Source: a bacterium
Lineage (GTDB): Bacteria > UBP4 > UBA4092 > JAOAEQ01
Length of the DNA stretch: 55,311 nt
Direction: 5' to 3'
NCBI GenBank assembly: GCA_041946755.1
Contig: JBHGBB010000001.1
Coordinates: 1 to 55,311 of the forward strand
A program made the position numbers and the translations under genes. Shown here piece after piece: positions 18,947 to 26,294 of the stretch (position 1 is its first letter; the number at the start of each line of letters is the position of its first letter). The notes below the pieces were generated by a model that had not been told where the DNA came from, did no database searches, and saw nothing but the letters and a program-made list of their open reading frames with translations.

Positions 18947-21220
18947 ATGAACGTGCTACCGACCGGCCCTTTAAAGAACAAACGGGATATTCGCACCTAT
19001 TTTAAAGATATGCAGCGGTGGAAGTTCGATGTCGCCTATGCAGGATACTATGCCTTCCCCTGGAAAGATACCGTTGGTAAATTCAAACCGTTCTATCAGG
19101 GTTTCGCAAAACAAGCGCATCAGCTGAAAATGAATGCGGTGATGCAGATTCAATCGACCGTAGCTTTCCTCGATGATGTCCCGTTAACCGAAGCGCAGTT
19201 GTATACCGATAACACCCCCCATCTATATACCCATTTCGCTGAATGGGGTAAAAAGAATTTCTTCGGCTCTTATGCTTCAGAAATCTGGCTGGAATACCTG
19301 ATGAAGTTAACCAAACTGTTTGTCCAGGAGTATAAGTATGACTGGATTGTGTTCGAAGAGCCGATGTATATTGTCGATATTCCGGGGACCAAAGACCGGT
19401 TCTATGAAGTATTCAAACAGCGATATCCGAACATCCCTTATCCTACCAAACATCTGGAAACAGTGGGCTATGTAAAAGTCCAGGAGCTGAAACAGGAATT
19501 GCAGCTGCGGTTCTATGACCGGCTGACCGCTTATGCGAAGAAAATCGGGGCGAAGAAAGTCGGGATCATGCCCTGGTTCTTTTCGCCTACTAACGAGAAT
19601 ACCCCGGCAGAAACCTTCCATACCGCTTGCAGTAACGGCCGGATGCTGATGCTGCCGAACCTGGATTTTGTAGTCGTCCGCATGCAGCCGGATAATATCT
19701 TAGCGGATGCGATGCTGAATACTTCCGGGGAAGCCTTACCCCGGCTGTATTATCTGGAGACCTTAGCGCATACGGTAGGCAAACCGGTGGTAGTAGTCGA
19801 TAATCCGACCAACGAGCATCCGACTCCCCAATATCCGAATGAACGGTTGATTCCTTTAGATTACTTCACCCGATGCACCTTAGCGTTAACCGCAGCCGCT
19901 CCGAATGGCATCACCCGGCATTGGTATGGCAAGAATTATAAACAGGAAGAACCGCAGATGGGGTTATATACCGCGGTGAACGAGTTTCTCCCTCGGTTAG
20001 GGTATCCGGAATCAGCGTTTGCGTTTGTTTATAGCCATCGGGCGAATTGGCATACCCTACCCTTGAAACCATTTGAGGTATGGAAGAACTATTGGCATCT
20101 CATGCGGGCGCTATTATACGATTATAAGTTCCCGACTCATACCTTTTATGCGGAATCGATAGGAGAATGTTTAGCCCGGAATCCGCAGGTTAAGGTATTA
20201 ATATTCAATGAATATTTCCCGTTAACCAAAGAAGAAACCGCGTTAGTCGATAAATGGTGGACTGAGAAACCGAACCGGATGCTGATTTATTTCGGGTCCG
20301 GTAATGGCTATTCTGCTGATAGCGATCGGAAAGGATGGAATCGGGATATATTAGATTCGCCTTGTATCTTAAAGCTGTTTGGCATCGAATCGCCGACTGA
20401 GACCAAGACCGAATTAGGGATATCTAGGTTCATCGAGTCGGAGATAACCGATTTTGGGATAGATTTAACCTTTACCGGCACCAATTATACCCAGGATGCG
20501 TTCTGGGGGAAAGAACTGAATATCGCTACCCCTCAGGTAGCGAAAGTTAAAACCAAAGAGCATGAATCGATAGAAACCTTTTATACCGGGAACGGCAACC
20601 TGCCTCTAGTCACTATGCGAACCAATAAACTGGGGAATCAAGCCCTGTTTATCGGATTAAGCTTATTATGGGAACGAGGGTTACCGCCGTTACGGGAAGT
20701 TATCCGGTATGCGAATAACCAGCTAAACCTGCATCGGTGGGTCACCAATCCGACCCAAGGGATATTATGGACCCGGAATAAATGGAATTATCTGGTGATG
20801 TCGAATCTGGATATCGACCCCGGCATGGCAACGATTCAACTGCCGAACCAAGGGAAACTATGGGAGGTTCGGGAGCATCGGTTTATGGTAGAAGAGACGC
20901 AGCGGAGCGAAAATATCCAGAAGACCCATATCGATATCCCGGGATATAGTTTCCGGATATTCCGGTTTGTTGATGCTGACGACCAGCTAATCGATATTTC
21001 CGGGATGATAACGATACAAGACCTGAGTTATACTGCTAAACAGCTTAAACTAAAACTGATGGCGAAAGACCCGATTTCGATAACTTTAAAATCTATGCCG
21101 GTTAAGGTTTGGGTGAATAAGAAACCTACCCGGCCGAAGGTAGAGAAAAAAGAACCGGTAGTTGAATTACACATTAAATGCCCGGTCGGTGAGAACGAGT
21201 TGGAATTGAAGTGGAAGTAG
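18947..21220 (+). CDS. large hypothetical protein, possible TIM-barrel glycoside hydrolase with GH42-like domain order
   Basis: 757 aa with no signal peptide. It contains WIVFEEPMY and a later KVLIFNEYFPLTKEE...MLIYFGSGNGY segment reminiscent of a GH42 catalytic domain plus trimerisation (flavodoxin-like) domain. This is weak, by-eye evidence. Confidence 0.3.
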   Translation: MNVLPTGPLKNKRDIRTYFKDMQRWKFDVAYAGYYAFPWKDTVGKFKPFYQGFAKQAHQLKMNAVMQIQSTVAFLDDVPLTEAQLYTDNTPHLYTHFAEWGKKNFFGSYASEIWLEYLMKLTKLFVQEYKYDWIVFEEPMYIVDIPGTKDRFYEVFKQRYPNIPYPTKHLETVGYVKVQELKQELQLRFYDRLTAYAKKIGAKKVGIMPWFFSPTNENTPAETFHTACSNGRMLMLPNLDFVVVRMQPDNILADAMLNTSGEALPRLYYLETLAHTVGKPVVVVDNPTNEHPTPQYPNERLIPLDYFTRCTLALTAAAPNGITRHWYGKNYKQEEPQMGLYTAVNEFLPRLGYPESAFAFVYSHRANWHTLPLKPFEVWKNYWHLMRALLYDYKFPTHTFYAESIGECLARNPQVKVLIFNEYFPLTKEETALVDKWWTEKPNRMLIYFGSGNGYSADSDRKGWNRDILDSPCILKLFGIESPTETKTELGISRFIESEITDFGIDLTFTGTNYTQDAFWGKELNIATPQVAKVKTKEHESIETFYTGNGNLPLVTMRTNKLGNQALFIGLSLLWERGLPPLREVIRYANNQLNLHRWVTNPTQGILWTRNKWNYLVMSNLDIDPGMATIQLPNQGKLWEVREHRFMVEETQRSENIQKTHIDIPGYSFRIFRFVDADDQLIDISGMITIQDLSYTAKQLKLKLMAKDPISITLKSMPVKVWVNKKPTRPKVEKKEPVVELHIKCPVGENELELKWK

Positions 21221-21274
21221 GGGCGAGTCACTGACTCGCCCGCTACATCGGGCGACCCCATGGGTCGCCCCTAC
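21217..21274. repeat. REP doublet (REPIN-like): GTAG-GGGCGAGTCA-C-TGACTCGCCC ... GGGCGACCC-CAT-GGGTCGCCC-CTAC
   Basis: Two GC-rich palindromes are bracketed by GTAG / CTAC. The outer GTAGGGGCGA and TCGCCCCTAC are reverse complements. The first GTAG overlaps the TAG stop at 21218-21220. A second copy lies at 38534-38595. Confidence 0.85.
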
Positions 21275-21281
21275 CATAATA

Positions 21282-21419
21282 AAAGCAAGTTTGCTATTAG
21301 CAAACTTGCTTTATAGACACCTCTTTTAAATAAGAAAAAGCAGATTTTCTAATAGAAAATCTGCTTTTTTATTGAGTGCTAAATCCTAGCTATATTCCTG
21401 AATTGGCTAGAGTTAAGAT
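21282..21419. repeat. 138-bp two-hairpin terminator module, copy A
   Basis: AAAGCAAGTTTGC-TATTA-GCAAACTTGCTTT, then AAAAAGCAGATTTTC-TAATA-GAAAATCTGCTTTTTT (21335-21370, bidirectional terminator), then ATTGAGTGCTAAATCCT..CCTGAATTGGCTAGAGTTAAGAT. It is repeated at 22932-23069. Confidence 0.9.
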
Positions 21420-21443
21420 TCGTTATTTTGGGCAACCGGAAAT

Positions 21444-22289
21444 TTATTTCTTAATTTGTTTTCTTTGAGTTATCGGAGGCAGATAATTTTCTCCGGTTAC
21501 TACGCTCTTACCGGTTTTCTGTTCCAGTTCAATTCGCGCTTTTTTAGCGATAGTGCCGCCTTTTTTCCCCGCGTCGGTATTTTCTGACATACCGGTAGCC
21601 TCGACACTTTCAGCAATCTGGCGGGTAGACAATTCCGCTAACGCAGTGAAAATTAATTCCGCTTCACTCATATGGTCTCGAAGATTCTGGGTTTTGAGTC
21701 CTTTCATATCCTTATGCTGTTTAACCGAAACCCCACTCCATTCCTGATGAATGATATTGGTTAGAATCGCATATTCCTCTTCCCCTTGAATCGCATGCTC
21801 TTTCCAATAATCGGTAAGTTTATTCCGGGTTTCCTGACCCATCATCCGCTGCTGAATCCATTTATCGCTTCTGCCATGCTGTTGCCAATATAATCGAGCG
21901 CGGTCGAGAGACCGGGCGGGATCGCTCATATCCTGGATGCGTTCATATCCTACTTTGGCTAACCAGAGTTTGATCGGTTCAGCTTTCGGACTGGGTACTG
22001 ATTGGATGAGACGTAATAGCGTTTCGGGATTGGCAGCATCAGTTACCCGCATTTTCCCATCTTCAGCCATCATTTTCAACTGGTGACAATTTGTCACCGT
22101 TTGACTGCCTTCCTTTTTAAGTCGTTCTTTTAACTTATTCCAATATTTCCGCGCAGTTTGATAATCCGGCTGCTGAATCAAAGCGGCGATTATATCCACT
22201 ACTGAAAAATACCACTGCTCTGATTTCTCGTCATATACTCGACGAATTTTATAACCTTCAAAGACTGCTAATGCTCGGTTATCATTCAT
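21444..22289 (-). CDS. Bro-N domain protein with DinD-like C-terminal region (prophage antirepressor-like)
   Basis: The N-terminus FEGYKIRRVYDEKSEQWYFSVVDIIAAL fits Bro-N. The C-terminal LRDHMSEAELIFTALAELSTRQIA resembles E. coli DinD (ILDHMGSTELAANLFRATQTEE). Confidence 0.65.
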   Translation of the reverse strand: MNDNRALAVFEGYKIRRVYDEKSEQWYFSVVDIIAALIQQPDYQTARKYWNKLKERLKKEGSQTVTNCHQLKMMAEDGKMRVTDAANPETLLRLIQSVPSPKAEPIKLWLAKVGYERIQDMSDPARSLDRARLYWQQHGRSDKWIQQRMMGQETRNKLTDYWKEHAIQGEEEYAILTNIIHQEWSGVSVKQHKDMKGLKTQNLRDHMSEAELIFTALAELSTRQIAESVEATGMSENTDAGKKGGTIAKKARIELEQKTGKSVVTGENYLPPITQRKQIKK

Positions 22290-22319
22290 ATTCGCCTCGA
22301 TTAAGAAGTAGTAGTTTCA

Positions 22320-22378
22320 GTCGATTACAATTTGTAACCGACTCAATTCACTAATACATTATACTATAAATTATTATA
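22320..22378 (-). promoter_or_regulatory. duplicated TAGTATAAT -10 boxes plus a palindromic operator-like site upstream of the Bro-N gene
   Basis: On the minus strand: TAGTATAAT twice (TATAAT at 22378-22373 and 22363-22358), followed by GTCGGTTACAA-A-TTGTAATCGAC (22342-20), 31 nt upstream of the ATG. Confidence 0.35.
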
Positions 22379-22404
22379 CTATGGAATAGCTGAATATAAG
22401 ATTT

Positions 22405-22439
22405 CCACGAAAGCACGAAAGATAAAAGACACGAAAGCC
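22405..22439. repeat. CACGAAA-array element, left arm
   Basis: CCACGAAAGCACGAAAGATAAAAGACACGAAAGCC. The inverse arm is at 22835-22867, on the other side of ORF 22472-22786. Confidence 0.8.
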
Positions 22440-22471
22440 AAGAATATCCAAAACCATTGAATTATATTTGG

Positions 22472-22786
22472 TTATTTAAGTCTTGCCCCGCAATGATTGC
22501 AATAGCTATTAATCCATGTTTGACATATTACAGGTATATTCTCTACATATAAGGTTACATAGAGACTTTTAGAACAATTCGGGCATTTTAACTTAAATAG
22601 ACCAAATCCTATATATAAATTAAACACTGCATACCCAAGCATAAAATAATCTAAGAGATTGTTAAATAGGTAGGAAACTACTAGGAAGTAGGGGATACCC
22701 CCTATTAAAACAGCAATGGTTTTTAGCCAATGTTTCCGAATCTTGGGACGCAACTGATTAAATTGGTCTCGGCAATCTTTTTCCAT
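22472..22786 (-). CDS. small membrane protein with C-terminal zinc ribbon (hypothetical)
   Basis: 104 aa with two hydrophobic helices (TIAVLIGGIPYFLVVSYLF, FMLGYAVFNLYIGFGLF), then CPNC-x29-CNHC. Confidence 0.5.
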   Translation of the reverse strand: MEKDCRDQFNQLRPKIRKHWLKTIAVLIGGIPYFLVVSYLFNNLLDYFMLGYAVFNLYIGFGLFKLKCPNCSKSLYVTLYVENIPVICQTWINSYCNHCGARLK

Positions 22787-22834
22787 TTTAGGTATACTTT
22801 ACCATAAAACCATGAATGAATTAAATGATGGTTC

Positions 22835-22867
22835 TTTTTGTGGTTTACATATTTCGTGGTTTCGTCT
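22835..22867. repeat. CACGAAA-array element, right (inverse) arm
   Basis: CTTTTGTGGTTTACATATTTCGTGGTTTCGTC. Confidence 0.75.
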
Positions 22868-22886
22868 GCCAGACCATTATGGTGTC

Positions 22887-22906
22887 ATTCCCGCGAAGGC
22901 GGGAAT
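22887..22906. repeat. short GC-rich palindrome ATTCCCGC-GAAG-GCGGGAAT
   Basis: Perfect 8-bp arms and a 4-nt loop. Confidence 0.8.
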
Positions 22907-22931
22907 CCAGTTTTCGAGTCTTGAGCCGATC

Positions 22932-23069
22932 AAAGCAAGTTTGCTATTAGCAAACTTGATTTATAGACACCTCTTTTAAACCAGAAAAAGCAAGTTCGCC
23001 TTAGACGAACTTGCTTTTTTATTGAGTGCTAAATCCTACATATATCCCTGAATTGGCTAAAGTTAAGAT
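22932..23069. repeat. 138-bp two-hairpin terminator module, copy B
   Basis: Same length as copy A. By manual alignment it has about 7 substitutions outside the second hairpin. The inner stem of that hairpin is replaced by AAAAAGCAAGTTCG-CCTTAGA-CGAACTTGCTTTTT (22985-23020), which is still perfectly paired. Confidence 0.9.
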
Positions 23070-23154
23070 ATATTATTGATGATTTTCCGACTAGCGCCTT
23101 TATTTCAGTTGGCAATTATTGTCTACAGTTCAACCTCTTTTTCGGGATTTATTA

Positions 23155-23227
23155 GTGACATTTTGTCACCGGTGCAAGTCCGGCTTCGGGAGTATGTTCT
23201 AAAATGGAACATGCTAAATTTTTCTTT
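23155..23227 (+). ncRNA. candidate small structured RNA or tRNA 3'-half-like relic (three hairpins plus U-tract)
   Basis: GTGACA-TTT-TGTCAC; CCGG-TGCAAGT-CCGG followed by CTTCGGG (compare the tRNA-Leu 3' end GGGG-TTCAAAT-CCCC-G-CTTCGGC); AGTATGTTC-TAAAATG-GAACATGCT followed by AAATTTTTCTTT. Confidence 0.3.
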
Positions 23228-23363
23228 AATTAATAAGAATTATAAAAAAATACAAACTGGTTTTGATTTTTTAATATTAAGAAGAGAATCTCTTTACGGA
23301 TAATACTAGAGTTGTATATAACTTGAATTAATGAAGATATATCAACCAATATTCGCCCGCATT

Positions 23364-25070
23364 TTAGGCAATTCCTGATTTCAGGGCATTCTTCAATGTA
23401 TCAACAAATACTTGATTGCGATAGAGACGTTTTGGTTTGAAGTTACCCTTTGACTGTTCAATATTAATAATAGTCCAAATACGATCAAGTTCAGCATTTG
23501 TGATAGTCTTATGGCTAATTCCAATAAGGACATCTCGGAAATAATCAGGTGTTCCTGAGACAATAGAGACCCATATAAAAGCAAAAAGACATCGATAATC
23601 AGTAGCAAATTTTTTTGATTGACTCCATGCAATACGCTTTGTGACTAAAGAATGCTCCATATGCTTAACAATATTGAGAACCGCTAGATAGATTCGGATG
23701 TCCATATGTGTGTCAAATAGTAGGTTATATTCTTTGTCGATACGCATGAACTTTGTTTTCATTTTAGCTGCTCGTGCTGGATTTTTTAACACAAGTGCCA
23801 TTATGCAACTAGCAAGATAAGAAGGAGAAATTATTCGATGCGTCGGGCGTCCTTGATTCTTGTGATAATTCTTACGTCTGTCGTAAAACCAATTGTCTCT
23901 AATTAAAATCTCTTCGATATCTCTCTGAATCTTTTCTGTTGCTCTAAGTGATGATAGTTCGACGCCAGTTTGATAATTGGTCGCCTTAATAATTCGATCT
24001 CGGACTTCGGGGTTTTGTGTAACAATTATCTTCACTAGCACTGCGCGATCATCATTATCATTAGGATGACTAATAAAGCGCCTATAGATAGTTTCCGTTG
24101 TCTGAAGACCATTAACAATCTGAATATTCTCAAGACTGATCTCTTTACCAGCAACGTTAGCCGCTGTTGCAATAATCGTAACACCGTTGTTCAACCACCA
24201 GAAATCACATTGATCAATTCGATTGGCATTAGCTAACGTCTGTTCGATATCTTCGTTTACCGGAACAGTACCAAGGTAGTCACGAACATTGGATTCAAAT
24301 AGATATGTGCGAAGAGCACCTTGGTCATCAGTGATAAACTTATGATAGTCAGGTAGAGTTGTCAGAATAATATAGTTGGTCTTGGCACGTGAAACATAGT
24401 TTTCAATAAAGGTTAACCGTAGTGTTCGGACACGCTGCTTGCGTGATAAATTTAGTAGTTCAGTAGCCCCAATAAACTGAAAATGGGTAACGCAATCACT
24501 AAAGAGTTCGTGCACTTGCTCTTCGATCAATCTAGCACGACCAATCACATTATCCGCAATTGAATTAGCATCACCTCTCGATACGTAAATAAATGTGAAA
24601 TGTAACGAGGGCTGACGAGCGGATAGTTCTCTGTATGCATCACAAAATAGCTGTCTTTGTTCAATCAAATCGTCATTGTATTCAGATGAAAACGAATCTG
24701 GCTTGCGTGAGAGATCAAATAATTCTGGTAGTGAAGCAAAGAGATTATTGAGTGGTACTTGCCGAAATGTAGTCTCATGTTTGCAAGTTATTATGATTAC
24801 TTCAACACTTGGGTGTTTGCGAACCATATCTTCTGTTGGCACTTCGGAGAGTGCTAGCCCGTCGAGGAAAACATAAAAACCATCTATCCCGCCATCGTCG
24901 CTTCCGTCTACCCAACCCTGTTCAATCTCGTCGTAGGACACGTCATGGTCTTTAAGCAGATTTTCGAAAGCGAACAGTTCAAATACCTCACTGATATTGG
25001 TAAGTTCTGGATATTCCGGTTTCTTTTTTTCTAAGAGTGCATCAAGAAGAATCAAATCATTCTTTGCCAT
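23364..25070 (-). CDS. AIPR family abortive-infection (phage resistance) protein
   Basis: 568 aa. The N-terminal GWVDGSDDGGIDGFYVF and the central FWWLNNGVTIIA...IVNGLQTT are hallmark AIPR (PF10592-like) motifs, recognised by eye. Confidence 0.75.
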   Translation of the reverse strand: MAKNDLILLDALLEKKKPEYPELTNISEVFELFAFENLLKDHDVSYDEIEQGWVDGSDDGGIDGFYVFLDGLALSEVPTEDMVRKHPSVEVIIITCKHETTFRQVPLNNLFASLPELFDLSRKPDSFSSEYNDDLIEQRQLFCDAYRELSARQPSLHFTFIYVSRGDANSIADNVIGRARLIEEQVHELFSDCVTHFQFIGATELLNLSRKQRVRTLRLTFIENYVSRAKTNYIILTTLPDYHKFITDDQGALRTYLFESNVRDYLGTVPVNEDIEQTLANANRIDQCDFWWLNNGVTIIATAANVAGKEISLENIQIVNGLQTTETIYRRFISHPNDNDDRAVLVKIIVTQNPEVRDRIIKATNYQTGVELSSLRATEKIQRDIEEILIRDNWFYDRRKNYHKNQGRPTHRIISPSYLASCIMALVLKNPARAAKMKTKFMRIDKEYNLLFDTHMDIRIYLAVLNIVKHMEHSLVTKRIAWSQSKKFATDYRCLFAFIWVSIVSGTPDYFRDVLIGISHKTITNAELDRIWTIINIEQSKGNFKPKRLYRNQVFVDTLKNALKSGIA

Positions 25071-25222
25071 GTTTAATTTCCACCTATTAAGCGTTTCGTT
25101 TTTTAGCGTTAGATAGAGAAACTTATCATCTGCTGGCGTTCTATACCGTCTTCTTTTCGTGTAATAAACTTATTAGGAGACTCCCCTACTTTTTCATGGA
25201 TGACATCATCATCAATTTCAAG

Positions 25223-25252
25223 ATTATAGTATGGATATAAAAGATATTGCAA
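25223..25252 (-). promoter_or_regulatory. sigma-70-like promoter for the AIPR gene
   Basis: On the minus strand: TTGCAA (25252-25247), 18-nt spacer, TATAAT (25228-25223). This would give a leader of about 150 nt. Confidence 0.35.
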
Positions 25253-25428
25253 CTTATTTTTTTTGAATTTAATAAAATAGAAAAATAGAATTATACTTCA
25301 TTAAGAAATATTAATTTACCTTTAATCTCAATTAGTGTCTAATTTTCATAAGGTTTTATAGACTCGATTGGGTATGCAAGTTGTCTGATAATGGTTCGGT
25401 AAAAAATCAAATTTAGAGCGGAGAGGAA

Positions 25429-25453
25429 CCAGAGCGGGTCAGACCCGCTCTGG
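25429..25453. repeat. GC-rich hairpin CCAGAGCGGG-TCAGA-CCCGCTCTGG
   Basis: Perfect 10-bp stem followed by TATTTATT, 37 nt upstream of the ATG at 25490. Confidence 0.8.
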
Positions 25454-25489
25454 TATTTATTCGCCATCAAATTTATTTAAGGAGCGATT

Positions 25490-26035
25490 ATGAAAAGGGA
25501 GAAAACCACTGAGTTACCGTATGTAACGTTAAGTATCCCGGTATCGAAGTTTATTGAACTAATCCAGAACCGGTTTCAGGATAATCTCAAGCAGTTGAAT
25601 CTTATTCCGGGACAAGAGCAACAGTTAGAATCAGCGTTAGAAAAAGCGGTTAATAGTATTCTGGTAGATAAGTTTGCGGTTGATGGAACTGTCGAATTAG
25701 TTCAGTTCCCGTTAGGGTCGATGGCCGCGAGTGGGAAATTCTCTGATCCGGATGCCGGTAATATCGTTTATGTTCCGGGTACCGGTTCCCATAAACCCTA
25801 TATCCGGAAATGGGTTATTCCCCCGAATATTAATTCCGATAAACAACAAGAACATCGAACCCGGTTTAAACTGGTTACCCAACAATGGAACCTAGAAACC
25901 CCTGAAATTAAATCGGAATGGGAATTAGCGGCGGAAAAAGTACCGGTATATTCCGGGCAGACGCTGTATATTAAGAGATGGTTTGAGGTGGGGAAAGAAT
26001 CTGGTAATTATCCGGGAATCGGATTTCAACCATAG
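25490..26035 (+). CDS. hypothetical protein (181 aa, no recognisable domain)
   Basis: AAGGAG RBS 7 nt upstream of the ATG; soluble, no TM segments; divergent from the AIPR gene. Confidence 0.5.
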   Translation: MKREKTTELPYVTLSIPVSKFIELIQNRFQDNLKQLNLIPGQEQQLESALEKAVNSILVDKFAVDGTVELVQFPLGSMAASGKFSDPDAGNIVYVPGTGSHKPYIRKWVIPPNINSDKQQEHRTRFKLVTQQWNLETPEIKSEWELAAEKVPVYSGQTLYIKRWFEVGKESGNYPGIGFQP

Positions 26036-26109
26036 AAAAGCTAACCGCAGAGGTCGCTGAGTATTATCGCAAAGCACGCAGAGAAAATATTGATGGTTCG
26101 AGACTGTCT

Positions 26110-26142
26110 AAAAAGCAGATTATCTATTAGATAATCTGCTTT
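26110..26142. terminator. hairpin terminator (U-tract on the minus strand)
   Basis: AAAAAGCAGATTATC-TATTA-GATAATCTGCTTT. It is related to the second hairpin of module A. Confidence 0.55.
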
Positions 26143-26294
26143 ACCTCAATAAAATCAATGGGATATAAAACCGAATGAATAGCCACTATCTTTAGATAGT
26201 GGACTATAGTATTGAGAAAAATGATGGACTTTAGTCTAGAATTTATAGCTATATTCTGGGTTAAAACCCTTCGGTTTTATTACCTTAATTCCCC

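Noticed and set aside
23155-23190. Possible complete tRNA gene
   Set aside because: Only a T-arm-like hairpin and a 3' acceptor-like strand are present. There is no complementary 5' acceptor strand, no D-arm, and the preceding hairpin lacks a valid 7-nt anticodon loop with U33.
23076-23303. 75-aa ORF from the track (MMIFRLAPLFQ...)
   Set aside because: It has a TTG/ATG start with no RBS, runs through three hairpins and an AT-rich tract, and has low-complexity composition. More likely non-coding.
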